DNA from: Hemiscyllium ocellatum
Lineage: Eukaryota
Direction: 5' to 3'
Length of the DNA stretch: 64,000 bases
NCBI RefSeq assembly: GCF_020745735.1
Contig: NC_083409.1
Coordinates: 17,504,341-17,568,340, forward strand
Shown piece after piece: positions 49,090 through 62,190 of the stretch (position 1 is its first letter; every line of letters starts with the position of its first letter). Made by a program: the position numbers and the translations under genes. The notes beneath the pieces were generated by a model. That model did not search any database, had not been told where the DNA came from, and was given only the letters and a program-made list of their open reading frames with translations.

Positions 49090-49620
49090 TGGCACTAATT
49101 TCCAAGTCATTACCAATTGCTGTTCAAAACAAACTTCTTCCTGACATCCCGAAACTCTTGCCCAACAAAATGTAAGGTAACTTGAATGTGAAGATGGGAT
49201 TTTGTCTCCACACGGACTGTGCGGTGGTCACCCTTACTGATACTGTCATGGACAGATACACCAGCAGCAGGCAGGTTGGTGAGGGTGATAGTGAGTATGT
49301 TGTTCCCTCTTGTTGGTTCCCTCACCACCCGCCCCAGGTCCAGTCTCGCAGCTGAATCAGGTGGAACCTGACCAGCTTGCTCAGTAGTGATGATTCTGAG
49401 CAGCTCTTGATGATGGGCTTTGAAGTCCCTTACTCAGGGTATATCCTGCGTCCTTCCATCCCTCAATGCTCCCTCCAAGTGTTGTCAAACATGGAGGAGG
49501 ACTGACTGCTCAGTTGAGGTTGGAGGGGAGGGCGGTGCTATGTGGTAATCAGCAGGAGGTTTCCTTCCCCATGTTTGACCTGCTGTCATGAGGCTTCATG
49601 GGTTCCATAGTTAATGGTGA
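49090..49620 (-). mobile_element. Same CR1/L2-group LINE family, endonuclease fragment
   Basis: VREPTRGNNILTITLTNLPAAGVSVHDSISKGDHRTVRVETK, homologous to 62190-62310. Confidence 0.8.
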
Positions 49621-49931
49621 GGACTCTCAGGGCAACTCCCTTCCGACTGTACACACCACTGTGTTGCTTCCCCTGCTTGGTCTATCCTGCCAGTTATAAA
49701 CTGAATGAGGGAACAATTCTGTGCAGGTTTCACAGCTTGGAGACAGAGCTGCTGCTGGATTCTGTTTCTAATCTCCAAGTGCAGGCGTGTGTGTTTGTGA
49801 GAGAGTGACTGACACTTTTTCCATCACTGTGCTGTTTCTGAAAAGAAGAATCCCAGACCCGCCTCCTGTGCTGTCAGGTTCCAGGGAGAGCAGACAGTTC
49901 ACAGTTTTCTCCCATATCAGTAACAAACACC

Positions 49932-50038
49932 CAGCTGCTCCGAGCTCCTTCTTTCACTTCCTCTTTTGGTGAAGTTTCAACCTTGTGCTCTGACAGCCTT
50001 TGCAACTATTTTTTACACTGGGGCTTTCTGCTGTGGTC
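49932..50038 (-). promoter_or_regulatory. Candidate B-cell enhancer (PU.1/IRF EICE + E-box + RUNX)
   Basis: Minus strand AAAAGAGGAAGTGAAAG (49951-49967); CAGCTG at 49932-49937; TGTGGTC at 50032-50038; located in a non-repeat island. Confidence 0.4.
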
Positions 50039-50759
50039 AGAATATCTAATAATAAGTGTCCAGTCAGTGACAATCACAGCAGCTAAGAGCAGTCAGGACT
50101 GAGAAGCCCGGACTCACTGTGAAACATATTGGGAAGATCAAAGTCATCCTCTTCATCTCCTGGTCTAAACTCCATCCCTCTCCCTGGGGGTCTGCTGCAC
50201 AACCAGACTCTTTACAAATGTGGCCACATCTCTGAGAATGATCTGAGCCCCATATTCTCCATATTATACATACCAGCCACTGAAAATCTCAATCATGTCT
50301 GGGGACTCCAAACATGACCATTCCAATGTTGTGCTCACACACATCACAGCAATCGCCCTCCATAACCTTCAGTTCATTCCAAATTCTGATGCCTGTATCC
50401 AAACTTGCATCAAGTCCTGTTCCCCCAACCCCCTGCACCCTGTTTCTACATTGGCTCCTTTCCAGCAACTCCTTGATTGTCAAGTTCTCATCCCTGTTCG
50501 CAAAACCCTCTCTGCCCTCCACCCTCCCTATCTCTGTAACCTCCTCCAAGCTGCCTCAGTCAGTGTGATCAGCAATCTTGGATGTACAGCTCTCTGTTTC
50601 TTCATCCAAGTCATTGAGAAATATCTTAAAAAGCTGAGCTCGCAGCACAGATCCCTGGGGATACTATTCACATCTTCCTCACTGGAGGATGCACTCACTA
50701 TTCTTCCTCTCTGCCTCCTACCTCCAAACTAATTCCTGACCAAAGACAAATACTTTTCT

Positions 50760-51830
50760 TTGATTGGCTTGATGGTACGAAGCAGTGGGTAACAGTGGAA
50801 GGATGCTTGTCAGACTAGAGGCCTGTGTCTAGAGGAGTGCCTCAGGGCTAGGTCCTGTTTCCATTACTCTTTGCTATCTACATCAATAATTTGGATGAGA
50901 ATCTGCAAGGCATGATTGGTAAGTTTGCAGATGACATTACAGTAGACATTGAGGGAGGTTATCAGAAATTGCAGCAGGACCTTGATCAGCTGGAGAAATG
51001 GGCAGAGAAACGACAAAATGAGTTCAGAGAGATAATTGTGAGGTCTTGCACTTTCGGAAGTTTAATCGAGATGGGAGTACCATGGTGAATGGTAAGGCCT
51101 AAGGACTGTAGTGAAACAGAGAGATCTTGGAGTTCAGGTACACGGTTCTCTGGAAGTTGAGTCACAGTTCGACAGGGCAGTGAGGAAGGCTTTTGACACA
51201 CTGGCCTTCATCAGTCAGGGCATTGAGTATAGAAGTTGAGAAGTTATGTTACCATTGTACAGAACATTGGTGAAGTCGCACTTGGAGTATTTGGTCACCT
51301 TGTTATAGGAAGGAAATTATTAAACTGGAATGAGTTCAGAGGAAATGTACAAGCATGTTGCCAGGACTCAACAGTCTGAGTTTTTGTGAGAAGTTGGACA
51401 AGCTAGGACTTTTTTCGGAGAGTGTAGGAGACTGAGGGTTTTTTTTATAGAAGTGTATAAGACCTTGAGAGACATGGATAGGGTAAATGCACTCAGTCTT
51501 TTTTCCCAGTGTTGGGGAATTGAGGATGAGAGTGGTTTTAGGTTAGAGGAGAAAGAATAAAAGGGAACCTGAGGGACAACTTGTTTACACAGAGGGTGGC
51601 ACGCATATGGAATGATCTGCCAGTGGAAGTGATTGAGGCGGGTATATTAACAACTTTAAAAAGGCATTTGGACAAATACATGGATAGGAAAGGCTCCGAA
51701 GGATATGGGCCAAGTGCAGGGAAATGGGGTTAGCATGGATGGACATTTTGGTCAGCATGGACCAGTGTGGACCAAAAAGCCTGTCTCTGTGCTGTAGGAC
51801 TCGATGACTCTTTGACTCTATAATTCCATA
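50760..51830 (+). mobile_element. CR1 RT/3' fragment
   Basis: gagtgcctcaggg, GKFADDI, EKWAEK; tail gactcgatgactctttgactcta. Confidence 0.85.
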
Positions 51831-51869
51831 TGTTTCCATGTTTATGGACAGTCTCTCAAACGCAGAAAC

Positions 51870-54800
51870 AAAGGAACGAACAGCAGGAGTAGGCCATTCA
51901 GCCCTTCGAGTGGGGTCTGCCATTAAATATGACCATGGCTGATCATTCAACTTAGTCCCGTTCCCACTTTTTTCCCATAACCTTAATCCCTTTCGTCCTA
52001 AGTCCCTTTAGACCTATCTCCTTCTTGAAAACTTTTAATGTTTTGGTCTCAAATGCTTTCTGTGATAGAATATTCCATGAGCTTCCCACTCTCTGGCTAA
52101 AGAAATGTCTCCTCAGCTCAATCTGAAATAACCTTTCCCTTTTCTTTAAACTGTAATTCCTGGTTCTGGATTCTCCAATGATCAGGAACATACTTCCTGT
52201 GTTTTTCCGGTCTTGTCCTGTTAGGATTTTAAAGGTTCCAACGTGATTCCTCTCAATCTTCTTTCCTCCAGTGAATATAATCCTAACTGATCCAGTTTCT
52301 CAACAGATCTAAGTGCTGTCATCCCAGGAATCAGTCTGGTAAACTTTCGCTGTCCTCCCTCCACAACCAGAACATCCTTTCTCAGATAAGGAGACCAAAA
52401 CTGTACACAATACAATCATAAAATCACACAGTACAGAACAGGTCCTTCAGCCCATTAACTGTGTACCAGCCAAACTACACGAAACCTGCACCAATCCCAC
52501 TTTCCAATATGAGCCCATAGCTAGAATGTTATGACATTTCAACTGCTCACCCAAGTACTTTTTAAAGTTTGTGAGGTTTCCCACGTCAACTGCTCTCCCA
52601 GGCTGTGTGTTCCAGACCCCCACCACCCTCTGGATAAAAAAACATTTTCCTCAAAACATCTTGAAACTTCCTATCTTTCACAATGAATGTAAACCAACTT
52701 TTTATTGACCCTCCCATGAAGAAGAACAGCTGCTTTCTCTCCTCCCTGTCCATTCCTCTCATAACCTTATACACCTCGATCAGGTCCCCCACCACCTTCT
52801 CTGCTCTGAAGAAAACAACCCGAGCTGATCCAATTTCTCTTCATCACTAAGAGGTTCCATCCCACACAACATCCTGGTGATTCCCCTCTGCACCCCATCC
52901 AGTGCAATCACATCCTTCCTACAGTGTGGTGACCTGAACTGCACACAGTACTCCAGCTGTGGCCTCACCAATGTTCTACTTAACTGCAGCATCTCCTCCT
53001 GCTTTTATAACCAATACCTGACATGACCAAGGCAAGTGTCCTCTGTTAACCTGTCTTGCCACATTCGGGGATCAGTGGACAAGTACCCCAAGATCACTCT
53101 GTTCCTTTGAGCTTTCTCAGGTCCAAGAACAAGGGACAAAGAAAATTACAAAACAGGAACAGGCCCTTCGGCCCTCCAAGCCTGCACTGATCCGTAGCTT
53201 CAATCTCGACCTATCATCAATTTTCCAAGGATCTGTATCCCTCTGCTCCCTGCCCATTCATGCATCTATCTCGATACATCTTTAATGATGCTATCATGCC
53301 CGCCTCTACCACTTCCGCTGCCAACGTGTTCCAGGTACCAACCACACTCTGCGTAAAGAACGTTCCACGCATATCTCCCCTAAACCTTTCTCCTCTCACC
53401 TTGAACCCATGGTCCCTAGCAATTGAACCCCTCACTCTGGGAAAAATCTTCTTGCTATCCATCATGTTTATAGCTCTCATGATTTTGTAGACCTCTAGCA
53501 GGTCCTCCCTCAATCTTCAACTTTCTATTGAAAATGATGCTAACCTACTCAACCTCTCTTCATAGCTCATGCCCTCCATATGAGACAATCCTGGTTAAGC
53601 TCCTCTGCACCGTCTCCAAAGCATCCTCATCCTTTTGGTAATGTGGCGATCAGAACTGTATGCAGTATTCCAAATGTGGCCAAGCCAAATTCTGATACAA
53701 TTCTAACATGACCTGCCTACTCTTGTACCCCAACCGATGAAGGAAAGCATGCCATCTGCCTTCTGGACCACTCTATCAACCTGCATTACCACCTTCAGGG
53801 TACAATGGACCCGAACATCCAGATCTCTCTGTGCATCAATTTTCCCCAGGGCTTTCCATTCAGCATCTAGTTTACTCCAGAATTGCATCTTCCAAAATTC
53901 ATCAGATCACATTTGCCCGGATTGAACTCCATCTGTCTGTTTCTCTGCCCAACTCTCCAATCTATCTATATTCTGCTGCATTCTCTGACAGTCCCCTTCA
54001 CTATCTGCTACTCCACCAATCTTAGTGTCATCTGCAAACTTGTTAATCAGACCACCTATACCTTCTTCCAGATCATTTATATATATCATATAAACAAGAG
54101 TGTTCTCAGCATGTATTCCTGTTCTCCATTTTGAGAAATTCCCTTCCACTACTACTCTCTGTCTCCTGTTGCCCAGCCTGTTCTATATCCATCTAGCTAG
54201 TACATACTGGACCCCATGCGACTTTAATTTCTCTATCAGGCTACATGGGGAATGTTATCAAACACCTCACTGAAGTCCATGTGTATGACATCTACAGCTC
54301 TTCCCTAATCTATCAACTTTGTCACTTCTTCAAAAAATTCTATGAAGTAGGTAAGACATGAAATTCCCTGCACAAAATCATGTTGCCTATCACTAATACA
54401 TCCATTTTCTTCCAAATCAGTATCTGCTTCAGCAGCTTCCATTCCACTGACATCAGGCTCACCGCTTGATAATTACCTGGATTATCTTTGCTACTCTTTT
54501 TATACAAGGGGACAACATTAGCTATTCTCCAGTCCTCTGGGACCTCACACATGTTCAAGATTGCTACATAGATATCTCTTAAGGCCCCAGCTATCTCCTC
54601 TCTTGCTTCCCACAGTACCCGGGGATAGATTCCATCCTGACCTGGGGACCTGTCCACTTTAATGCCTTTTAGAATACTTAACAGTTTCTCCCTCCTTAAA
54701 CCAACTTGACCAAGAGTAATCAAACATCTATCCCCAACTTCAATGTCCAGCTTTTCCCTCTCCTTGGTGAGTACCAAAACAAACCACTCATTTAGAATCT

Positions 54801-56400
54801 CTCCCATTTTCCCTGACTCCATGCTTAAATTTCCTCTGTCCTTGAGTGGGCCAACCCTTTCTCTAGTCACCCTCTTGCTCCTTATATATGAATAAAAGGC
54901 TTTGGGATTTCCTTAACCCATTTTGATAATGATGTTTTGTGACCCCTTTTAGCCCTTTTAATTCCTAATTTCAGATCGGTCCTAGTTTCCCAATATTCTT
55001 CCAAAGCTTTGCCTGTTGGCAGCCACCTAGACCTTATGTATGCATCCTTTTTCCTCTTAGCTAGTCTCACAATTTCACCTGTCATCCAGGGTTCCCTAAT
55101 CTTGTCATTTCAATCCCTCATTGTCACAGGGTCATGTCTGTCCTGCATTCTAATCAACCTCTCTTACAAAGCCTCCCACATATCAAATGTGGATTTGCCC
55201 TCAAACAGCTGCTCCCAATCCACATTACCCAGCTTCTGCCGAATTTTGCTATAGTTGGCCTTCCCCCAGTTTAGCCATCTTCCTTTCGGACCACTCTTGT
55301 CTTTGTCCATTAGCATTCTAAAAACTTATGGAATTGTGATCACTGTTCCCAAAGTAATCCCCGACTGAGATTTCAACCACCTGGCTGGGCTCATTCCCCA
55401 ACGCCAGGTCCAGTATGGCCCCTTCCTGAGTTGAACTATTTACATACTATGTAAAATCCTCCTGGGTGCTCCTTACAAATTCTGCTCTGTCTAAACCTAT
55501 AACTTTAAATGAATCCCTGTCAATGTTGAGAAAATTAAAATCTCCCATCACCACCACCCTGTTGCTCCTACATCTTCTGTAATCTGTTTACATATTTGAC
55601 CGCTATCTCGTGCTGGCTGTTGGGAGGACTATAGTACAGCCCCAGCATTGTTACTGTACCCTTCCTGTTTCTGAGGTCTGCCCAAATTCCCCCTCTGCTC
55701 AAGTCCTCCATCGTGCCTTCCTTCAGCACAGCTGTGATGTCCTCTCTGACCAGTAATGCTACTCCTCTACCCCTTTTACCTCCGTCTTGAACCCATCAGA
55801 TACATCTGTATCCTGGGATATTTAGTTGCCAATCTTGCCTTTCCCTCAACCAAGTCTCAATAATAGCAATAACATCATACTACCAGGTACAAATCCAAGC
55901 CCTAAATTCCTCTGCCTTACCTACTACACTTTTTGCATTAAAACAAATGCATCTCAGACCACCTGTCCCTTTGTGTTCATCATCTACCTATTCTTACCCT
56001 TAGTCACGCCCATTTCATTACTTAGTTCCTTACAGGTTTTAGTTACTACCTCCTTACTGTCGACTAACCTCCTCATTTGGTTCCCATCACTCAGCTACAT
56101 TATTTTGAACCGTCCCCAAGAACGTGAGCAAAAGTAGCCTGGAGGACATTGGTTCCAGTCCTGCCCAGGTACAGGCATTCTTGATTTGTAATAGTCCCAC
56201 CTCCCCAGAACCAATCCCAATGTCGCAAAAATCTGAACCCCTCCCGCCGCCCCCCCTCACTGCGCCATATCTCAAGCCACTCATTCATCCTGCCTATTCT
56301 TCCATGTCTATTCTGACTAATACGCGGCACTGGTTGCAATCCTGAGATTACTACCTCTGAGGTACTTAAAAAAGAGGAGGACAAAGAGGGGCCATAAAAT
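51870..56400 (-). mobile_element. Cluster of minus-strand CR1 copies, including a long ORF1-end/ORF2 copy at about 53120-56350
   Basis: YCVQFWSPYLRKDV, RPQLEYCVQFRSPH, YINDLEEGIGGLINKFADDTKIGG, WRIANVVPLYKK, FRFLRHWDWFWG. Confidence 0.88.
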
Positions 56401-57619
56401 ATCTTTGGCAGCCTGATCCCCTCGCCCCAGAATACTTAGGAAAGTGGTATTAGAAAGAATAGATGCACTCGTCGTCATCTTTCAGAAATCTAGACTCAGG
56501 AGCAGTTCCTATGGATTGGAAATTGGCTAACGTAACCCCACTATTTTAAGAAGGAAGACAGATAGAACACAGTGTTTTTTGTCGACCAGTTAGCTTGGCA
56601 TCAGCAGTGGGAGAAATACGGGAGTCCATTATAAAAGATACGCAGCAAATGTTGTTGTAACCTGTACCTTATGAACCGGCATTCTTGACAAACCGGCAAA
56701 AGTTATATCCCTCAAATGCTGCAAAGTTTAATATATCATTCTGTCCAATTATTATACATTTATAATTTATTAACTTCAGTGTAAATATACTTGTTTTCCA
56801 ATTGAATGACCACATGAAATACCAACAGTTGATTCAATTTCGAGTCAATTTCTCCTCAAACACAGTGACCTGCCGCGATGCCTGGGTAATCAGTTGAGAG
56901 TGTGAGTGAGAAGGATATGGGGAGAAAGTGGGCTATTCTAGATACAAAGCATTGCTGACCACAATCATCATCTAGTGGCCTGCTGGGTGTAGCTTGTCAG
57001 GAGCTGAACAAGAAAGAAAGAGTCATTAGGCTGAACAAGAAAGTTTGCAATTAAAGATGCCCAAATTAAGTACATCAGTCACATACTGAGAGCAAAAGGA
57101 TTTGCCTGGATTCTGGAAAGGTAAGAGCGGTGGCAGTGATGTGGTGACGGACAGATGTGAAAACAGTGTAAGGGTTTGTTGGATTCATCAAATACGAAGT
57201 GTCAATTTCTAATTAGAGTGACAATCATGATGCTAGCCAACTATTCCCATCCCAACTGCTGGTATTATTGGACAACACAGATCTCAGACTGAAACACAAA
57301 CAAACTGCTGAAGAAATGCAGTTGGTCTGCAGCATCTGTAGAGCATAAGTACGCAATGCTGATGATTTAGATTGAATAATAAGACCTCAGTGCACAAAAG
57401 AAATGATGATAAAATAAAACATACTGACAGAAAACACAATTGCAAAAGATTTCAAAACAAGGCAAAATAAAATCCTTTCTATTCAAACATTATAGCTTTA
57501 TTGTATTGAAATAACAGTGAGAAGGCGTTCATTTCTCTAACGTGTCTTTAGGTTTAACTTAACTGTAGTTTTCATTTCATTGTCTTGAAAGTTTAATTGC
57601 CTTTTCCTTGATGAATACT

Positions 57620-60330
57620 TCGCTGGCCACAGGTGAAGTGTCAGACTGGAGGATTGTCAATGTGGTTCCTCTGTTCAAGAAGGGCAGCAGGGATAGGCCA
57701 GGCAATTCCAGACCAGTTAGTCTGATGTCAGTGTGAGGGAAATTATTAGAAAAAATCCTGAAGTACAGGATTAAGCAATACTTGGAGAGGTAGGGATGCC
57801 AGTATTGATTTGTTTGACAAAGGCCCCACATGGAAGGCTGGTCCAGATGGTCAGAGCCCATGGGATCCAAGGCAAGTTGACAAGTTGGTGAAGGGTTGTC
57901 TTAGTAATTGGAAGCCTGTGACCAGTGGTGTATGACAGGAATTGGGGCTGCGACCCTTTCTGTTTGTAATGTACCTTAATGAATTGACTGAGATTGTATA
58001 ATTAGAAAGTTTTCAGATGCCACGTAAATTGGTGGTGTTATTGATATTGATTTTATTTTATTTTAGTGTTACATGGACTCAAGTACAAAAGTATTGGAGT
58101 ACAGTGAAAAGTATGTGATGTCACCTTGGAAGGAGCCATCTTAGGTACAAGGACCGAGATACAGAATCTTAAGAACAAGGTATAAAGAAAGAATAAATTT
58201 AAAAGTTACACGTTACAGACTTTTTGACCTTTTTAGTTTTAAGAAGAAAATAAAGAAATAAATCTGGAAGTTCAATCATTACAGTCTTTCTTAAGTGCTT
58301 GGCTACCGTGGGATCATACTTTGAATCATTCACTTCGAGACTGGAAGGCAAGCTGAGGCTGTGCTGGGCTGAAAGACCACTATATACAGCAAAAGACCAC
58401 ACTGTGGGCCGAGAGACAACCACGTTGGTCCATTGAGAGATCGCCATGCTAGGCCGAGAGTCCATCACGCTGGAGTGACAGTCGAGCATTCTGAGCCGAG
58501 AGGCCTCCACATTAAACTGAGAGCCCAACACGTCAGACCGAGAGTCTGCCTCACCGAGCTGGGAGGTCTCTCTGCCAGGTTAGGACTCTGCCACACCAAG
58601 TCAAGAGGCCGCAACACTGGGGCTGCACTGGTCAGAGGCCTGGCGAGTGAGGCTGGGAGAGAAAAGAAGGGAGAACGACAAAAGAAAAACACAAAAGAAA
58701 ATAAAAACCAGTGGAAGAAAAGCAGAAAAGGAAACAGACGGAGCAGATGACCTTGGTCTGAAGAGTCCTACTCTGCTGCCATCTTGGATTACTGGGTCTC
58801 AGGCTACAGTCTGATATTGATCAGCTGGTAATTGAGCAGAACAATGGCAGATAGAATTTAATCCTGACAAGTGTAAGGTGATCCAGTTTGGGAGGTGTAA
58901 TAAGGGAAGGATATACACAATGAAAGGCATGTACCTTGAGTGTCCTTATGCATGAATCACAGAGGGTTGGTCTACAGGTACAACAAGCAATTAGGAAGGC
59001 AAATAGAATTTTGTCCTTCATTGCTAAAGGGATTGAGTTTAAAAAGCAGAGAGGTTATGTTGCAGCTGTACAGGGTACTGGTGAGGCCACACCTGGAGTA
59101 CTTTGTGCAGTTTTGGTCTCCTTACTTGAGAAAGGATGTACTGGCACTAGAAGGGGTGCAGAGAAGGTTAATTCCAGAGTTGAGGGTGTTGGCTTATGAG
59201 GAGAGACTGAGTAGACTGGCATATATTCATTGGAACTTAGAAGAATGAGGGGGGATCTTATAGGAACATATTACATTATGAAGAGAATAGATAAGACTGA
59301 AGTAGAGAGAATATTTCCACTAGCAGGTGAAACTTGGACAAGAGGGCATCGCCTCAAAATTAAGGGGAGCAGATTTAGGATTGAATTGAGAAGGAACTTC
59401 TTCACCCTGAGGGTCAAAATCTATGAAATTTCTTGTCCTATGAAGTAGTTGATGTTTCTTTAGTAAATATTTTTAGAGCTCAGATTTTTTTTTGAAAAAT
59501 AAAGGAATTAAGAGATAAGATGAGAGTGCAGGTATGAGGAGTTGAGTCCAGGAAAAGATCAGCCATGATCTTATTGCATAGTGGAGCAGGCTCGAAGAGC
59601 CAGACGGCCAACTCCTGCTCCTAGCTCTTATGTTCTCATGTTCCTTGGGAGTAGTGAGGAACAAAGGGACCTTGGTGTACAAGTTCAGCGATTCCAGAAG
59701 GTATCAGCACAGCTAGACAGGGTGGTGAAGAAGGCATATGGGATGCTTGCCATCATTAGCCGGTGTGCAGAATATCGGAGTAAGGAAGTCTCATTGTTAA
59801 TTTACAGAGCATTGGTTAGGCCATATCTGGAACACTGTGTACATATCACTGTTGGACAAACATGATTGGACTGGAGAGGGTGGAGAGTAGATTCACCAGG
59901 ATGTTGCTTGGGATGGAAAGTGTTAGTTATGAGGAGAGAGACTTGATCAACTGAGTTTGTTTCCTGTGGAGCAGAGGAAGCATGGGGGGGTGGGTGGGGG
60001 TGGGGGCGTGGTGGAAGGGGTTGGTGAATCTGATTCTGAGAGACATAAACAAAGTCAATTGTGATCATCTTTTCCCCGTGGCAGACATGTCTATGACCGG
60101 AGGGAATAAGCTTAATGTGATGAAAAGGTGGTTGAGAGGGAATTGAGGATTTTTTTTACCCCAGAGGGTGGTAGAAATATGGAATGTGCTGCTTGAGAAA
60201 GTGATGGAGGCAGCTCCTCGCACAACATTTAAGACACATCCAGATGAGCACATAAAATGCCAGGGCATGGAATGCTATGGACCAAGTGCAGGTAAATGGG
60301 ATTAGTGCAGTTTGGTGTTTACTGATCAGC
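57620..60330 (+). mobile_element. Series of CR1 RT/3' fragments, interrupted at 58051-58790
   Basis: WRIVNVVPLFKKG, RPHLEYFVQFWSPYLRKDV, RPYLEHCV. Confidence 0.85.
58051..58790 (-). mobile_element. Non-coding retroposon-like insert (ATCCAAGATGGC head, (TAAAA)n tail) inside a CR1
   Basis: Splits CR1 RT sequence ggtggtgttattgatattga | tgggtctcaggctacag; the minus strand starts atccaagatggcagc and ends acttttcactgtactcc..catgtaacactaaaataaaataaaat. Confidence 0.65.
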
Positions 60331-60369
60331 ACTAACATGGTGGGCAGAAAGGCCTGTTTGTTTGCTTTA

Positions 60370-62190
60370 TGACTCTATGACTATGAAGAGAAGGAGGTGG
60401 AGACATTTTTCATGCCTTTTGAGAAGATATTTAAACAAGTGAGGCGAGGAAAAACTATGGAGTTTGCCCATGCAAAATGAACTTGGGAAGCACAAGAAGT
60501 TTCTATACCCCTGCCAGAGGAACATTCTCAGGATCACAAGGAAGTGAAAAGGTGAAAAGCACATATGCATTGATCCCAGAAACATACAGACAGATGTTTC
60601 AGAACTTACAGAAACAGCCTCCACAAACTTCTACTGAGTTTGAGAGAATTCAGCAAAATAATGTTGACAGGTGGATAGTGTATTAACAGCTGAGAATACT
60701 TACAATGCTGTCGGAGAAATTATTCTCTGAGAAGGATTTAAAACTTTCTTCCCTTCTAGAATCAGAATTCATGTAAAAGCCTGAAGGGGAAGAACAGCAT
60801 GACAAGCAGCTAGAATGGCTAATGATTATAGTCTTCATTAAAGCCAAAACCCTGCAGATGCTGGAATCCAAAGTCGACAAACAGGAGGCTGGAAGAGTAC
60901 AACAAGCCAAGCAGCATCAGGAGGTGGAGAAGTCACCTGATGGGAGATTAATCCAGAAACCTTATTCCTATTAGGCCCAGAAATGGGAGAAAAATAAAAA
61001 TTGGGAGTGTGTGTGGAAGGCAGGTAGACAGGGGAGAGAATGGACAGGAGGGACCTGCCCGAGAACTACTCTTCAGATTAAGAAAGAAATTGCTGAGGCT
61101 GGAAGCGATGATCAGAAGTTGAAACGATTCTCTTGGAATAAGGTGGGCCATGTGTGTATGGAATGTTGGAAGATGTGAGGTAAGACCCAGGAGATTTATG
61201 GGAGTTAGTAAAAATGAGTCAGAGGAGGGAATGCAAACAGATAATCCCACGGAGCAGGTTGTAGCTGTAACTATAACAAAAAGGCTGGAGGTGAATTCTG
61301 TCATCAGTAAAGGAAGTTGTAAAATAGATGAGAGGTGGACAGGATTTTTATCAAAAGGAATGGTGACTCCTTTTTCTTCAGCTAAACCCAGAATCAAACT
61401 GAGAGATACAGGGGCAATACAATCACTTTTACTGGAGAAAGAATCGATTTTCCCTCCAGAGAGCTCAATGGATTCTAAGGTGTTCATCAAAATGTACAAC
61501 TGGAATGTGATTTGTTATCAGGAGAAGTAATTGTCGGAGTGGGGAAAATATTCCCTGTTGAGGGAGTTGATTTTCTTCTGGGGAATATTTTGTCAGGATT
61601 AAAGGCAGTATCTTCCCCAATGATTGCAGAATGTCCAAAGGAGGGCCAAGAAACAGAACAATGACAGGAACAGGTTCCTGGTCTCTCTCCTTCGTGTGAG
61701 GTAACCAGAGCAATGGTTAAACAAAATCCATCAATAAGGGTTGATGTGACATCACAGCAAGTGAAAGGATCGCTGAAACTTTCCAAAAGGGTGAAGATAA
61801 TCCAGGTGGAGTGGTTGGTATGATGTCCCTAATTACAGCAGATCCAAAAACCAGATCTCGAATGAAATAAATGAGCACTGTCAGTTCATACTGAGGTCGA
61901 GTCTGGAGAGGTTTCAGAATGCTATTATCTTCAGAATGGAGCACTGATGAGGAAGTGGAGACCGCCCCCCCACCACCGTCCCTCCATGGACCCCCAGATG
62001 AAGAATGGTTGGTTAGATATTGGCTCGTGGTACCATCCAGCTATCACAGGGAGATATTGTGAGGAGCACATCAGATTTCCATGACAGGACCATGGGGATT
62101 TGGAAATTGTCCAATTGTCCACAGGCATCCAGAATCAGGTGTTTTATTGAGCCAAAATTATATAAAGATGTGGCACAGTTTTATAAATGT
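60370..62190 (+). mobile_element. Decayed Gmr1-like Gypsy LTR retrotransposon interior (gag-PR-integrase zinc finger)
   Basis: gag-like FMPFEK and LIPETYRQMFQNLQKQPPQTSTEFERI; protease IKLRDTGAIQSLLL and VEGVDFLLGN; then YYLQNGALMRKWRP and FY*PKLYKDVAQFYKC (integrase HHCC region) with no RT in between. A Penelope scrap interrupts at about 60840-60940. Confidence 0.75.

Noticed and set aside
57050-57190. Apparent exon with donor gaaag|gtaaga
   Set aside because: Translates as QIKYISHILRAKG..ILE, most like the C-terminus of a decayed RTE-type LINE.
59983-60020. G-rich potential G-quadruplex (also 5127-5162 and 21518-21552)
   Set aside because: Simple G-runs inside or next to repeats, with no functional context.
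60540-60549. Second EICE (GGAAGTGAAA)
   Set aside because: Lies within Gypsy gag sequence and lacks the extended PU.1 flank; it illustrates the background rate.
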